Part shown: in pieces, positions 51,699 to 61,799 of the stretch
Layout of the letters: every line of letters starts with the position of its first letter
Numbering within the stretch: position 1 is the stretch's first letter
Assembly (NCBI GenBank): GCA_019244185.1
Contig: JAFATB010000023.1
Span: forward strand, 32,001-96,000
DNA: 64,000 nt
Reading direction: 5' to 3'
Source: Acidobacteriota bacterium
GTDB taxonomy: Bacteria > Acidobacteriota > Thermoanaerobaculia > Gp7-AA8
Translations under genes and position numbers: made by a program
The notes under the pieces: generated by a model
Seen by the model: the letters and a program-made list of their open reading frames with translations, nothing else
Databases searched by the model: none
What the model was told of the DNA's origin: nothing

Positions 51699-52256
51699 CT
51701 ACGCGGTCACGGGCACCTGCTTCACCGCCTGCACCTCGACCTCGATGCGCACTTCGTTCGCGACGAGCACGCCGCCCGTCTCCAGCGCCTGATTCCACTT
51801 GAGGCCCCACTCGCGGCGATCGATGCGCGCCGACGCGCGCGAGCCGGCGCGCGTGCCGCCCCACGGATCCTTCCCCGTGCCCTCGTACACGCAGTCGAGC
51901 GTCACTTCCATCGTCGTGCCGCGGATCGTGAGATCGCCGATGACGCGGAAGCGATCGCCTTCCTGCTTCGCCGCGCCTTCGACGCGCTTGCTGACGAACG
52001 TCAGCGTCGGATGTTTCTCGACGTCGAGGAAGTCGGCGGAGCGCAAATGCGCGTCGCGATCGGGGCTGCCGGTGTCGATGCTGTTCGCCGTGAGCTCGAC
52101 GTTCACGCGCGAGTTGTCGGGATTGCTCTCGTCCACTTCGATCGTCCCCTTCACGTCCTTGAAGCGGCCGCGAACGGTGGTGAACATCATGTGTTTGACT
52201 GCGAACTCGACGCTCGAATGCGCCGGGTCGATCTGCCACGTGGTGGTGTCTGCCAT
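51699..52256 (-). CDS. YceI family protein
   Basis: WQIDPAHS, RDAHLRSADF, GDLTIRG, DPWG. Confidence 0.95.
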   Translation of the reverse strand: MADTTTWQIDPAHSSVEFAVKHMMFTTVRGRFKDVKGTIEVDESNPDNSRVNVELTANSIDTGSPDRDAHLRSADFLDVEKHPTLTFVSKRVEGAAKQEGDRFRVIGDLTIRGTTMEVTLDCVYEGTGKDPWGGTRAGSRASARIDRREWGLKWNQALETGGVLVANEVRIEVEVQAVKQVPVTA

Positions 52257-52342
52257 GGGGTGATTCTCCTCGTGCGCAACGGCTGCAATGAACGTGCGCA
52301 TGGATATTTAGAATTCAATCCATATTGAAGTATGATCGCCAC

Positions 52343-54235
52343 GTGGCCGAGTTCGATTACGTCGTGGTCGGATCGGGCGCCGGCGGCGGCACCGTCGCGG
52401 CGCGTCTCGCGGAGAACGGCTTCACCGTGCTGCTGCTCGAGGCCGGCGGCGATCCGTTGCAGATGCGCGGCACCGGTCCGGCCGCGGAACCGCCGGGGCA
52501 GAACCGCCTGCCCGACGATTACCTCGTGCCCGTCTTCCACGCGAACGCCGTCGAGAACGAGGCCATGCGCTGGGACTTTTTCGTGCGCCACTATCGCGAC
52601 GACGCGCTGCAACAGCGCGACGACAAATACCGCGCGACCTACAACGGCCAGCCCGTCGACGGCGTCCTCTATCCGCGCGCCGGCTGTCTCGGCGGCTGCA
52701 CCTCGCACAACGCGCTCATCACCGTCTACCCGCACAATCAGAACTGGGACGAGATCGCCGCGCTCACCGGCGACGCGTCGTGGTCCGCGGACAACATGCG
52801 CACGTACTGGCAGCGCCTCGAGAACTGCCACCATCGTCCCGGCTGGCGCTTCCTCGAGAAGCTGACGCGCTGGAATCCGACGCGCCACGGCTTCGGCGGC
52901 TGGCTGCATACCGAGGCCGCGATTCCGAAGGCGGCGTTGGACGACGGCAGCCTCAAGACGTTCATCATCGATACGGTCGCCGCGTGCACGCGCGAGCTCG
53001 GCAACTCGCTCGTCGAACGCATCCGCTGGTTCCTCCTCGGCCACGGCGATCCGAACGACTGGCGCCTCGTGCGCGAGAACGCGGTCGGCCTGCGCTACCC
53101 GCCGCTGGCCACACATCGTCACGTGCGCAACGGCACGCGCGAGCGCGTGCTCGCCGTCGCGAAACAACATCCGTCGCAGCTCACGATCGAGCTCAACGCG
53201 CTCGCGACGCGCGTGCTGTTCGACGACGCGAACCGCGCCATCGGCGTCGAGTACCGCAAAGGCGCGCGGCTGTATCGCGCGCACGCGCAGCCGAGCGGCG
53301 AAGAAGGACAGCTCAAAAAAGTCTTCGTGAAACGCGAGGTGATTCTCGCCGGCGGCGCGTTCAACACGCCGCAGCTGCTCATGCTCTCCGGCATCGGTCC
53401 GCGCGACGAGCTCGAGACACACGGCATCGACGTGCGCGTCGAACTGCCCGGCGTCGGCGCGAATCTGCAGGACCGCTATGAGGTCGGCATCGTCAACCGG
53501 ATGAACTTCAAGTCGTGGTGGATCCTCGACGACGCGCGGTTCGCCGCCGGCGACAAGCCGTACAAACAGTGGAAGAAACGGCGCAAAGGCGTGTACACGA
53601 CGAACGGTGCGGTCGCCGCGGTCATCCGCCGCTCGCTGCCCGAGCGTCCCGTGCCCGACCTCTTCGTCTTCGCGCTCCTCGGCAAGTTCTACGGCTACTT
53701 CCCCGGCTACTCCGCGCTCTTTCCGAAGTACCGCAACTATCTGACGTGGTGCATTCTCAAGGCGCACACGCGCAATTCCGCGGGACGGGTGCGCCTGCGC
53801 TCGACCGATCCGCGCGACACGCCGCTGATCGACTTCTCGTATTTCGCGGAAGGAAACGATCGCGCCGAGGAGGACTTGCGGTCGGTCGTGGCGGGCATCC
53901 GCTTCGTACGCGAGCTCACGCGGCCGCTGCGCGAGCGCGGCCTGATCGAGGAAGAGGAGCGTCCCGGCGAGGCACTGCAATCGGACGAGGCGTTGAGCGA
54001 TTACGTCCGTTACAACGCGTGGGGACACCACGCGTCGTGCACGTGCCCGATCGGCGACCGCGCGAACGGCGGCGTCGTCAACGGCGACTTCGAAGTGCAC
54101 GGCACGCGCAACCTGCGCATCGTCGACGCGTCGGTCTTCCCGAAAATCCCCGGCTTCTTCATCGTGAGCTCGGTCTACACGATCGCGGAGAAGGCGGCGG
54201 ATGTGATTGCGCGCGCGGCGCGGTCAGAGCCCTGA
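52343..54235 (+). CDS. GMC family oxidoreductase
   Basis: GSGAGG, PRAGCLGGC, TPQLLMLSGIG, HASCTC, LRIVDASVFP. Confidence 0.93.
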   Translation: MAEFDYVVVGSGAGGGTVAARLAENGFTVLLLEAGGDPLQMRGTGPAAEPPGQNRLPDDYLVPVFHANAVENEAMRWDFFVRHYRDDALQQRDDKYRATYNGQPVDGVLYPRAGCLGGCTSHNALITVYPHNQNWDEIAALTGDASWSADNMRTYWQRLENCHHRPGWRFLEKLTRWNPTRHGFGGWLHTEAAIPKAALDDGSLKTFIIDTVAACTRELGNSLVERIRWFLLGHGDPNDWRLVRENAVGLRYPPLATHRHVRNGTRERVLAVAKQHPSQLTIELNALATRVLFDDANRAIGVEYRKGARLYRAHAQPSGEEGQLKKVFVKREVILAGGAFNTPQLLMLSGIGPRDELETHGIDVRVELPGVGANLQDRYEVGIVNRMNFKSWWILDDARFAAGDKPYKQWKKRRKGVYTTNGAVAAVIRRSLPERPVPDLFVFALLGKFYGYFPGYSALFPKYRNYLTWCILKAHTRNSAGRVRLRSTDPRDTPLIDFSYFAEGNDRAEEDLRSVVAGIRFVRELTRPLRERGLIEEEERPGEALQSDEALSDYVRYNAWGHHASCTCPIGDRANGGVVNGDFEVHGTRNLRIVDASVFPKIPGFFIVSSVYTIAEKAADVIARAARSEP

Positions 54236-54970
54236 AGCGGTGCGCGCGCGATACCGCGCGATGACGTCCGCCGCCGGCCCGTCCGCCACCACCCGCGCTT
54301 CCTCGACCCAGATCACGCGCGAGCAGAGGCTGGCCACGACGTCGAGCTCGTGCGAGACGACGACGACGGTGGCGCCGTTCGTGACGAACCGTTCGATGCG
54401 CGCCTGGCACTGACGGCGGAACGAGGCGTCGCCGACGGCGAGGATCTCGTCGAGCAGGATCGTGTCCGCTTCGATGGCGGTGGCGACGGCGAAGGCGAGC
54501 CGCGCGACCATGCCGGTCGAGTACGTGCGCAACGGCGCATCGATCGACGCGGCGATGCCGGAGAAGGCGATGATGTCGTCGGCGCGCGCGCGCATGTAGG
54601 CGCGGGAGCAGCCGAGGAGCGCGCCGTTGAAGAAAATGTTCTCGCGGCCGGAGAGCTCGGCCTCGAAGCCGGTGCCGAGCTCCATCACCGGCGCCACCGT
54701 GCCGCGGCTGAGCGCGGTGCCGAGGGACGGCGGGATGATGCCCGCGGCGACGCGCAGCAGCGTCGACTTGCCGGCGCCGTTCGGGCCGATGATGCCGACC
54801 GCCTCGCCGTGAGGAATGGCCAGCGTCACGTCGCGCAGTCCGTAGCGGAACTCCGACTTGCGATGCGCGGCGAAGCCGCTCACGAGCGCGGCCTTGAAGC
54901 TGTGGATCTTCGCCGCGCGATAGCGCACGCTCACGTTCTCGAGCTCGATCGCGTTGTCGGCGGCGTTCAT
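54224..54970 (-). CDS. wzt: Polysaccharide ABC exporter ATPase (Wzt/TagH), no C-terminal domain
   Basis: GPNGAGKS, LSGRENI, YSTGMVARLAFA. Confidence 0.9.
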   Translation of the reverse strand: MNAADNAIELENVSVRYRAAKIHSFKAALVSGFAAHRKSEFRYGLRDVTLAIPHGEAVGIIGPNGAGKSTLLRVAAGIIPPSLGTALSRGTVAPVMELGTGFEAELSGRENIFFNGALLGCSRAYMRARADDIIAFSGIAASIDAPLRTYSTGMVARLAFAVATAIEADTILLDEILAVGDASFRRQCQARIERFVTNGATVVVVSHELDVVASLCSRVIWVEEARVVADGPAADVIARYRARTASGL

Positions 54971-54972
54971 GA

Positions 54973-55821
54973 TCAGAGGTGCGCGTGGAAGCGCGGCGCC
55001 ATGTGGCGGAAGATCATCCAGCCGATGCAGACGGCGCCGAGCGAGATCACGATGCTGACGCCGAGCGTCTCCGGCGTCGGCAGGATGCCGTAGTAAATCG
55101 GATCGCGAACGATCTCCACGATGTAGACCAGCGGATTGAGCTTGATCAGCCACCGGAAGCGGTCGGGGATGATCGAGATCGGGTAAATGATCGGCGTCAG
55201 ATAGAGGAGCGCCGGCATGCCCGCCTGCACCATCTCGCGCACGTCGCCGAAGAAGATCGACGCGGCGGTGAGCGCGAGCGCGGTGCCGAAGGTGAAGAGG
55301 CCGACGAGCAGAAGACTGATCGGCAGGAACCAGAGCGTCGCGTGCAGCGGCGCGCCGACGACGAGCATGATCGCGAAGAGCACGAGCAGCGAGAGCCCAA
55401 CGTTGACGAGGCCCGAGATCGCGATCGAGAGCGTGAAGATCGACTGCGGCACGCGGACGCGTTTCATCAGCGGACCGTTCCAGGCCACGCTGGCCATGGC
55501 GTTGACCGTCGTCTGCGCGAAGAAGTTCCACGCCACGTACGCGGAGAGAAAGTACGTCTCGTAGTGTGGCGCGCGCTCGCGGAACATGGTCGCAAAGACG
55601 ACCGTGAAGATGAGCATCAGCAGCAGCGGATGCAGCATCGTCCACAGAAACCCGAGCACCGAGCGTTTGTAGCGGACGGTGAGGTCGCGGTGCACGAGCT
55701 CGTAGAGGAGGCCCGCGTGCGCGCGCAGGTCGCGCAGCTCGCTCGTCCACCGCAGCGGCTCGCCGGCGACGGTGCGGCGCACGAGGGCATGGCTCGCGCC
55801 GAAGGACGATGCGGTGGACAC
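54973..55821 (-). CDS. wzm: Polysaccharide ABC exporter permease (Wzm/TagG)
   Basis: RDLTVRYKRSVLGFLWTMLHPL, YLTPIIYP, LNPL. Confidence 0.92.
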   Translation of the reverse strand: MSTASSFGASHALVRRTVAGEPLRWTSELRDLRAHAGLLYELVHRDLTVRYKRSVLGFLWTMLHPLLLMLIFTVVFATMFRERAPHYETYFLSAYVAWNFFAQTTVNAMASVAWNGPLMKRVRVPQSIFTLSIAISGLVNVGLSLLVLFAIMLVVGAPLHATLWFLPISLLLVGLFTFGTALALTAASIFFGDVREMVQAGMPALLYLTPIIYPISIIPDRFRWLIKLNPLVYIVEIVRDPIYYGILPTPETLGVSIVISLGAVCIGWMIFRHMAPRFHAHL

Positions 55822-55877
55822 GGCGCACCTTGTACGCGAGCAGCGGGGGGCGAAGCAAGCCTTCTACAATCCGCGGA

Positions 55878-58010
55878 GTGCAGTGGATCCGACCGCTCGA
55901 CTGGACGCGCGGCGCGCATCGTCCGCCGGCCGCGCCGCCCGAGCGCGTCGACGTGATCGTGCCGGTCTACGGCGCGGCCGCGGAGCTCGCGGCGTGTCTG
56001 GCGAGCGTCGTGGCGCACACGGACCTCGCGCGGCATCGCGTGGTGCTGGTCGTCGACGGACCGCAGGACGCGGAGGTGGAGGCGGTGGTCGCGCGGGATC
56101 CGCGGATGCACGTGCTGCGCAATGACGAGCGGCTCGGCTTCGCGGCGTCGGTGAACCGCGGCATGGCCGCGTCGGCGACGGACGTCGTGCTGCTCAACAG
56201 CGACACGGTCGTGACGGCGCGGTGGCTGGAGAAGCTGATCGACGCCGCATATGCGTCGGGCGATACGGGGACGGTCACGCCGCTGTCGAACGACGCGACG
56301 CTCTGTTCGGTGCCGCGCGCGTTCGCGGAGAACCTCCTGCCCGCGGGCTACGACGTCGCGTCGTTCGCGGAGCTGGTCGAGCGCGCGTCGGCACGCGCGC
56401 GGCCGCTGCTGCCGACCGCGGTCGGCTTCTGCATGTACATCCGCCGCGCGTTGCTCGACGACATCGGGCTCTTCGACGCGCAACGCTTCGGCGCGGGCTA
56501 CGGCGAGGAAAACGATTTCTGCCTGCGCGCGCTCGCGCGCGGCTGGCTGCACGTCGCCGACGACGCGACGTTCGTCTACCACGCCGGCCATCGCAGTTTC
56601 GGCGCGTCGCGCGCGGAGCGGCAGCGCGCCGCGCGCGCCGCGCTCAGCCGCCGGCATCGACGCTATCTGGCCACGATCGCGGAGCTCATGCGTCGTGATC
56701 CGCTCGCGCCGGTGCGGGCGCGCATCGAGTCCGCGCTTGCCTCGCAATCGGACGGCGAACATCTGCGGGTCGTGCACCTCGTCCACGGCTGGCCGCCGTT
56801 CCAGCACGCGGGCACCGAGCTCTACGCGTACTGGCTCGCGCGTCGGCAGCGTGCGATGCATGACGTCGCGGTGTACGCGCGCGCCGCCGATCCCGCGCGC
56901 GCGGACTGCGAGGCGGTGGAGCTCGTCGACGGCGGCATGCGCGTGCGCCTCGTGACGAATCACTTCACCGCGCGCAATCCGCTGCGGCGCAATGCCCTTC
57001 GCAACCGCGCGCTCGAACGTGACTTCGCGCGCTTTCTCGCCGAGACGCGCGCGGAGCTGTTGCACGTGCACCACCTCGCCGGCCACGCGTTCTCGCTCGT
57101 ACGCGTGGCGCGGCGGATGGGCATTCCGATCGTGCTGCAGATTCAGGACTGGTGGTTCGTCTGCGCGCGCGTGAATCAGTTTCACCGCGACGGCGTGCGT
57201 TGCGCGGGACCGGCGCCGGAGAAATGCGCGCGCTGCGTGACGCTGACGCGCGTGCCGCCGGCGATGCTGACGAACCGCCTCGTGCATGCGCTGCGTCGCC
57301 GCGAGGCGCGCGCGGCGCTCCGCGCGGCGGATGCGTTCATCGCCGGCTCGCAGGCGATCCGCGACGACTACGCGAAGGTCGTTCCGCGCGCGACGCCGTT
57401 TCACGTGCTGCCGTACGGCGTGGCCATCGAGCGCAACGACGCGCCGCGTCCGCTGGCGCGCAGGCCGTTGCGTTTCGGCTACGTCGGCTCCATCGCGCCG
57501 CACAAGGGCGTGCACATCGCGGTGGAGGCAATGCGCGGCATCGAGCCGTCCGACGCGACGCTGCACCTCTGGGGCGACGCGGCCGCGTACCCCGACTACG
57601 TCGCGTCGATGCCGCATGGCGCGAACGTGGTCTTCGAGGGGCGCTTCGAGGAAGGGGACAAGCCGCGCGTCTACGCGTCGATGGACGTGCTGCTCGTGCC
57701 GTCGATCGGCCTCGAGTCGTTCGGCCTCGCGCCGCGCGAGGCGATGGCCTCCGGCGTGCCGGTGATCGCGACGAGCGGCGGCGCGCTGTCCGAGATGTTC
57801 GCGCCCAACACCTGCGGCGAGTTCGTCCCGCCCGGCGATGTCGCGGCGCTGCGCGTGCTGCTGCAGCGCGCGATCGCGGAGCCGTCGATCGTCGACGCGT
57901 GGCGCGCGCGCCTGCCTCGGCCGAAGAGCGAGGAGGCGCACGCGGAGGAGATCGAGCGGGTGTATCGGGAGGTGGTGGGCGGCGCCGGCGCGGAGCGTAC
58001 GCGGCGATGA
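55878..58010 (+). CDS. Two-domain glycosyltransferase (GT2 + GT4)
   Basis: VDVIVPVY, LLNSD, YGEENDFC; then AGTELY, HKG, ESFGLAPREAMASGVPV. Confidence 0.92.
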   Translation: MQWIRPLDWTRGAHRPPAAPPERVDVIVPVYGAAAELAACLASVVAHTDLARHRVVLVVDGPQDAEVEAVVARDPRMHVLRNDERLGFAASVNRGMAASATDVVLLNSDTVVTARWLEKLIDAAYASGDTGTVTPLSNDATLCSVPRAFAENLLPAGYDVASFAELVERASARARPLLPTAVGFCMYIRRALLDDIGLFDAQRFGAGYGEENDFCLRALARGWLHVADDATFVYHAGHRSFGASRAERQRAARAALSRRHRRYLATIAELMRRDPLAPVRARIESALASQSDGEHLRVVHLVHGWPPFQHAGTELYAYWLARRQRAMHDVAVYARAADPARADCEAVELVDGGMRVRLVTNHFTARNPLRRNALRNRALERDFARFLAETRAELLHVHHLAGHAFSLVRVARRMGIPIVLQIQDWWFVCARVNQFHRDGVRCAGPAPEKCARCVTLTRVPPAMLTNRLVHALRRREARAALRAADAFIAGSQAIRDDYAKVVPRATPFHVLPYGVAIERNDAPRPLARRPLRFGYVGSIAPHKGVHIAVEAMRGIEPSDATLHLWGDAAAYPDYVASMPHGANVVFEGRFEEGDKPRVYASMDVLLVPSIGLESFGLAPREAMASGVPVIATSGGALSEMFAPNTCGEFVPPGDVAALRVLLQRAIAEPSIVDAWRARLPRPKSEEAHAEEIERVYREVVGGAGAERTRR

Positions 58011-59161
58011 TGCGCGCGCTCGTGAACGTCCTGCGCGGCGAAGGCTTCGCCTCCGCCGCCCGCCGCGCGAACGAACGCATCGACGAAGCCGCGCGTGCGG
58101 CGGTTTTGCGCGCGCGCGGGCGGTTCGTGTCTGTGCCGCGTGTCGACATCCTCAACCTCTCCGCGACGAGCGTCGCTCCGCGCACGGGCGGCGTTGCGGT
58201 GCAATTGCGCGCGCGGCTCGACACGGAACGCGCGCTACGGCCGGTCGCGCTGCTGCATCCGGGAGGCCTCGAGTGTTCGGCGCCGGTGCCGCACGCGCGG
58301 GCGGGCGGGTGGCGGAGGGCGGCGGACTTCGACGTCGCCGTGCGCGAGGCGTTGACGCGCAGCGGCGCGAACGCCGTGCACATCGAAGGCACGAGCGAGT
58401 TGCCGCTCGCGGACGTGCTGCGCTGGATCGACGCGGGCGTCGCGGTCGTCGTCAGCGTGCACGATCGCACGCTTCTCGACGCGCAGCCGCGCGCGCTCGC
58501 GCTGCAGCTGCTGCGCGACGCACGCGGTTTGATCTTTCCGTCGCGCTTTCTGCTCGACGCGTATCGCGTCGAGTTCGGATTGCCGCTCGCGCATGCGCGC
58601 ATCGTCGCGCCCGCGACGCCGGTGCCGCGCGCCTTCACGCGTGCGAACGCGCCGCGCGGCGTTGCGTTTGCGGGGAGTGTGCAACGTCACAAAGGCGGCG
58701 CGTTGCTCGCGGACATCGCGCGCGCCTTGCCGGCGCAGCTCCATCTCTTCGGCGGCGGCGACGTCGAGTTGCTGCGCGGCTTGCGCGCGCTCCGCAATGT
58801 CCGCGTGCACGGCTACTACCGCGCGGGCACGCTGCCGTCGCTGCTCGCGCGGCACGGCATCGGGCTCGTGCTCCTGCCGTCGATCGTGCCGGAGTCGTAT
58901 TCGCTCGTCCTCTCCGAATCGTGGCTCGCCGGCGCCGACGTCCTCGCCTTCGACCTCGGCGCAACCGCCGATCGCATCCGCGACGAAGGCGGCGGCCTCC
59001 TCGCGCCGCTCGCATCCGGCGCCGACGGCATCACGACGCTCGCGCGTCGCTGGCTCGACGGCGAACGTCCGCCGCATCGCGCGCATGCGATCGCATCGCC
59101 GCTCGACGCCGCGCGCGCGCACGTGGCGCTCTATCGCGAATGGGGCTTGTTGCCCGGCTGA
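58007..59161 (+). CDS. GT4-like glycosyltransferase
   Basis: SVHD, FPSRF, HKG, PSIVPESYSLVLSE. Confidence 0.85.
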   Translation: MMRALVNVLRGEGFASAARRANERIDEAARAAVLRARGRFVSVPRVDILNLSATSVAPRTGGVAVQLRARLDTERALRPVALLHPGGLECSAPVPHARAGGWRRAADFDVAVREALTRSGANAVHIEGTSELPLADVLRWIDAGVAVVVSVHDRTLLDAQPRALALQLLRDARGLIFPSRFLLDAYRVEFGLPLAHARIVAPATPVPRAFTRANAPRGVAFAGSVQRHKGGALLADIARALPAQLHLFGGGDVELLRGLRALRNVRVHGYYRAGTLPSLLARHGIGLVLLPSIVPESYSLVLSESWLAGADVLAFDLGATADRIRDEGGGLLAPLASGADGITTLARRWLDGERPPHRAHAIASPLDAARAHVALYREWGLLPG

Positions 59162-60810
59162 ACGCGCCAGAGCTGCGCGGCGCGGTCTTCGTAGACGAGC
59201 TCCATACCGCCGTTCGCGCGCGGCGGCGGGCAGACGCGTTTCGCGACGAGGAACGATTCGATCGCCAGCGGACGCAGGCGCGCGGCGATCGCGTCGGTGT
59301 CGTGCGCGTCGCCGAGGACGCGGGCGATCGAGAATGGTCCGACGACGTCGCCGAGGAGCGAGCCGCGCGCGTAGTCCTTCAGCTGCTCGCCGCCGCAGAC
59401 GTAGACGCGCGTCGTGCCGGCGCGCTGCACCGCGGCGTACTCGGGCACGTGCCGCGCGAGGAACGCCTCGCGCGCGGCGGGAGTGAGTGGCGGCGGCCCG
59501 AGGACGACGAGACGATAGATGATGTAGAGCACGCCGGGCGCGACGGCGATGCAGGCGAGCGCGTTCACGAGCGAGGGACGCCGCGCCGCGATGGCGGCGG
59601 CCGCGGTCATGCTCAGCAGCGGCAGCAGCGGAACGAGATAACGCGAGTCCTGCGGCAGGAACGTGAAGATCACGACGTACGCGGCGCAGAGGATCGCCAC
59701 GCAGCGCGCGCGTAGGTCGCGCATCGCGGCGGCGAGCACGACGATCAGCATGACCACGAGCAGCGGCGTCACCGGCGGCTGCGCGTTGACGTATTCGCGC
59801 GCGACGGTCGCGTCCCATGTCAGCCGCGCGATGCGCAACGCGCGCGCGCCGGCTGACATTGACACCATCGGATGCGACCAGACGTTCGCGCCGAAGACAC
59901 CCGGCAGAAACGGGAAGACCGGATTGCCGCTGTTCGCGACGAGCCAGAGCGTCGTCGGCAGCGCGCACGCGAGCATCGTGATCATGAGCGTCGGCGCGGC
60001 GCGCACGCGGTCGCGCGCGAGGATGAGCACGATGACGAAGGCCGCGACGGCAAAGTAGCCGCCGAGGTACTTCACGCCGCACGCGGTGCCGCAGAAGACG
60101 CCGGTGAGGAGGAGGGAGAGGCGGTCGTCGCGCTCGAGAAAGCGATCGAGGCAGACGAAGCCGGCGGTGACGAACATCGCCAGCGCGGCGTCGACGTACG
60201 TGAGCGTGCCGAGGTGCAGCACGAGCGGACTGCCGAGGAAGAGCGCGGCGGCGAGCAGGCCGATGCGCGGGCGCCACGCGACGAGCAGCGCGGCGGTGAC
60301 GATCAGCTCGGCGAAGGCGACGAGGTGCGTGGCGGTGTCACCCGCGAACAGGAGCACCGGCGCGCAGAGCAGCTCGTGCAGCTGCGGAAAGAGGGGGAAG
60401 CGCAGCTCCGGCTGAAATGCGAGCGTGCCCGAACGCGCCAGCGCGCGCACGAACGGCAGGTGGTACAGCGTCTCGTCGAACGCGAGCGGCGGAAAGAGCG
60501 CGAGCGGAAAGAGCAGCGCGAACAGCGCGATGCCGGCGCCGGTCGCGACGTCGGCATGCGGCACGCGCAGTCCACGCCGAACGCCGCCCGCAATCGCGAT
60601 GACGAGCAGCGCGACGACCGCGCCCGCGCGCAACGCGCCGCAAAGTGCGAGCGCGAACAGCGCGTGCGCGAAGAGCGCGAGTCCGAGCGCGCAGCGCGTT
60701 GGCAGGTCGCAGCGCGTTCCGACGGCGAGCGTGCCCGCGCCCGCGGCGGCGAGCAGCACGAAGCACGGCACCGCGGCGCAAGTCATGACGAAAAGCAATC
60801 CGGCGTTCAC
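59131..60810 (-). CDS. GT-C type membrane glycosyltransferase (start uncertain)
   Basis: PPLAFDETLYHLP, YVD, CGVKY, GNPVFP, RYLVP; many TM. Confidence 0.8.
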   Translation of the reverse strand: MNAGLLFVMTCAAVPCFVLLAAAGAGTLAVGTRCDLPTRCALGLALFAHALFALALCGALRAGAVVALLVIAIAGGVRRGLRVPHADVATGAGIALFALLFPLALFPPLAFDETLYHLPFVRALARSGTLAFQPELRFPLFPQLHELLCAPVLLFAGDTATHLVAFAELIVTAALLVAWRPRIGLLAAALFLGSPLVLHLGTLTYVDAALAMFVTAGFVCLDRFLERDDRLSLLLTGVFCGTACGVKYLGGYFAVAAFVIVLILARDRVRAAPTLMITMLACALPTTLWLVANSGNPVFPFLPGVFGANVWSHPMVSMSAGARALRIARLTWDATVAREYVNAQPPVTPLLVVMLIVVLAAAMRDLRARCVAILCAAYVVIFTFLPQDSRYLVPLLPLLSMTAAAAIAARRPSLVNALACIAVAPGVLYIIYRLVVLGPPPLTPAAREAFLARHVPEYAAVQRAGTTRVYVCGGEQLKDYARGSLLGDVVGPFSIARVLGDAHDTDAIAARLRPLAIESFLVAKRVCPPPRANGGMELVYEDRAAQLWRVQPGNKPHSR

Positions 60811-60836
60811 GCGTCGCGTATCATGCGCGACCACTG

Positions 60837-61799
60837 ATGAAAACGGCGCTGATCTTCGGCGTGTCGGGGCAGGACGGCGCGTATCTCTCGCGGCTGCTCC
60901 TCGACAAGCAGTACGCCGTGCACGGCACCTCGCGCGACGCCGCGCGGCAGCCGTTCGCGCGCCTCGAAACGCTCGGCATCCGCGACCGCGTCACGACGCA
61001 CACGCTGTCGACGACCGACGCCGCCGCGCTGCGCCGCCTCATCGACGAAGTGCGCCCCGACGAGGTCTACAACCTCAGCGGCGTGAGCTCGGTCGCGCTG
61101 TCGTTCGCCGACCCCGCGCTGACGCGCGCGTCGATCGTCGAGGCGCAGACGCTCATCCTCGAAACGATCCGCACGCAACTGCCGTCCGCGCGGCTCTATC
61201 ACTCGGGCTCCAGCGAGTGTTTCGGCGACCGGCCGTTCGGCACCGCGAGCGACGAGGAGACGCCGCTCGCGCCGCGCAGTCCCTATGCTGAAGCGAAGGC
61301 TGACGCGCATCGCGCGACCATTGCGTATCGCGAGCGCCACGGCCTGCACGCGTCGTCGGGCATCGTCTTCAATCACGAGTCGCCGCTGCGCGGCGAGACG
61401 TTCGTGACGAAGAAGATCGTCGCCGGCGCCGCCGCGATCGCCGCCGGCCGCGCCGCCGACAAGCTCCACCTCGGCGATCTCTCCGCGTCGCGCGACTGGG
61501 GCTACGCCGCCGAATACGTCGAGGCGATGTGGTGCATGCTGCAGCAGGACGCGCCGGACGATTACGTGATCGCGACCGGCGAGAGCCATACGGTCGAGGA
61601 GTTCGCGTCCGCGGCGTTCGCGGAGCTCGGCCTCGACGCGCGCGAGCACATCGTCAGCGATCCGTCGCTCCTGCGCCGCGCGGAACTGCACTACAGCCGC
61701 GGCAACCCTTCGCGCGCGCGCGACATCCTCGGCTGGGAAGCGCGCACGAAGTTCCACGCGCTCGTGCGCCTGCTCGCCGGCGCCGCGCGCTTACAGTAG
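60837..61799 (+). CDS. gmd: GDP-mannose 4,6-dehydratase
   Basis: GVSGQDGAYL, SSECFG, PRSPYAEAK, FNHESPLRG, RDWGYA. Confidence 0.93.
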   Translation: MKTALIFGVSGQDGAYLSRLLLDKQYAVHGTSRDAARQPFARLETLGIRDRVTTHTLSTTDAAALRRLIDEVRPDEVYNLSGVSSVALSFADPALTRASIVEAQTLILETIRTQLPSARLYHSGSSECFGDRPFGTASDEETPLAPRSPYAEAKADAHRATIAYRERHGLHASSGIVFNHESPLRGETFVTKKIVAGAAAIAAGRAADKLHLGDLSASRDWGYAAEYVEAMWCMLQQDAPDDYVIATGESHTVEEFASAAFAELGLDAREHIVSDPSLLRRAELHYSRGNPSRARDILGWEARTKFHALVRLLAGAARLQ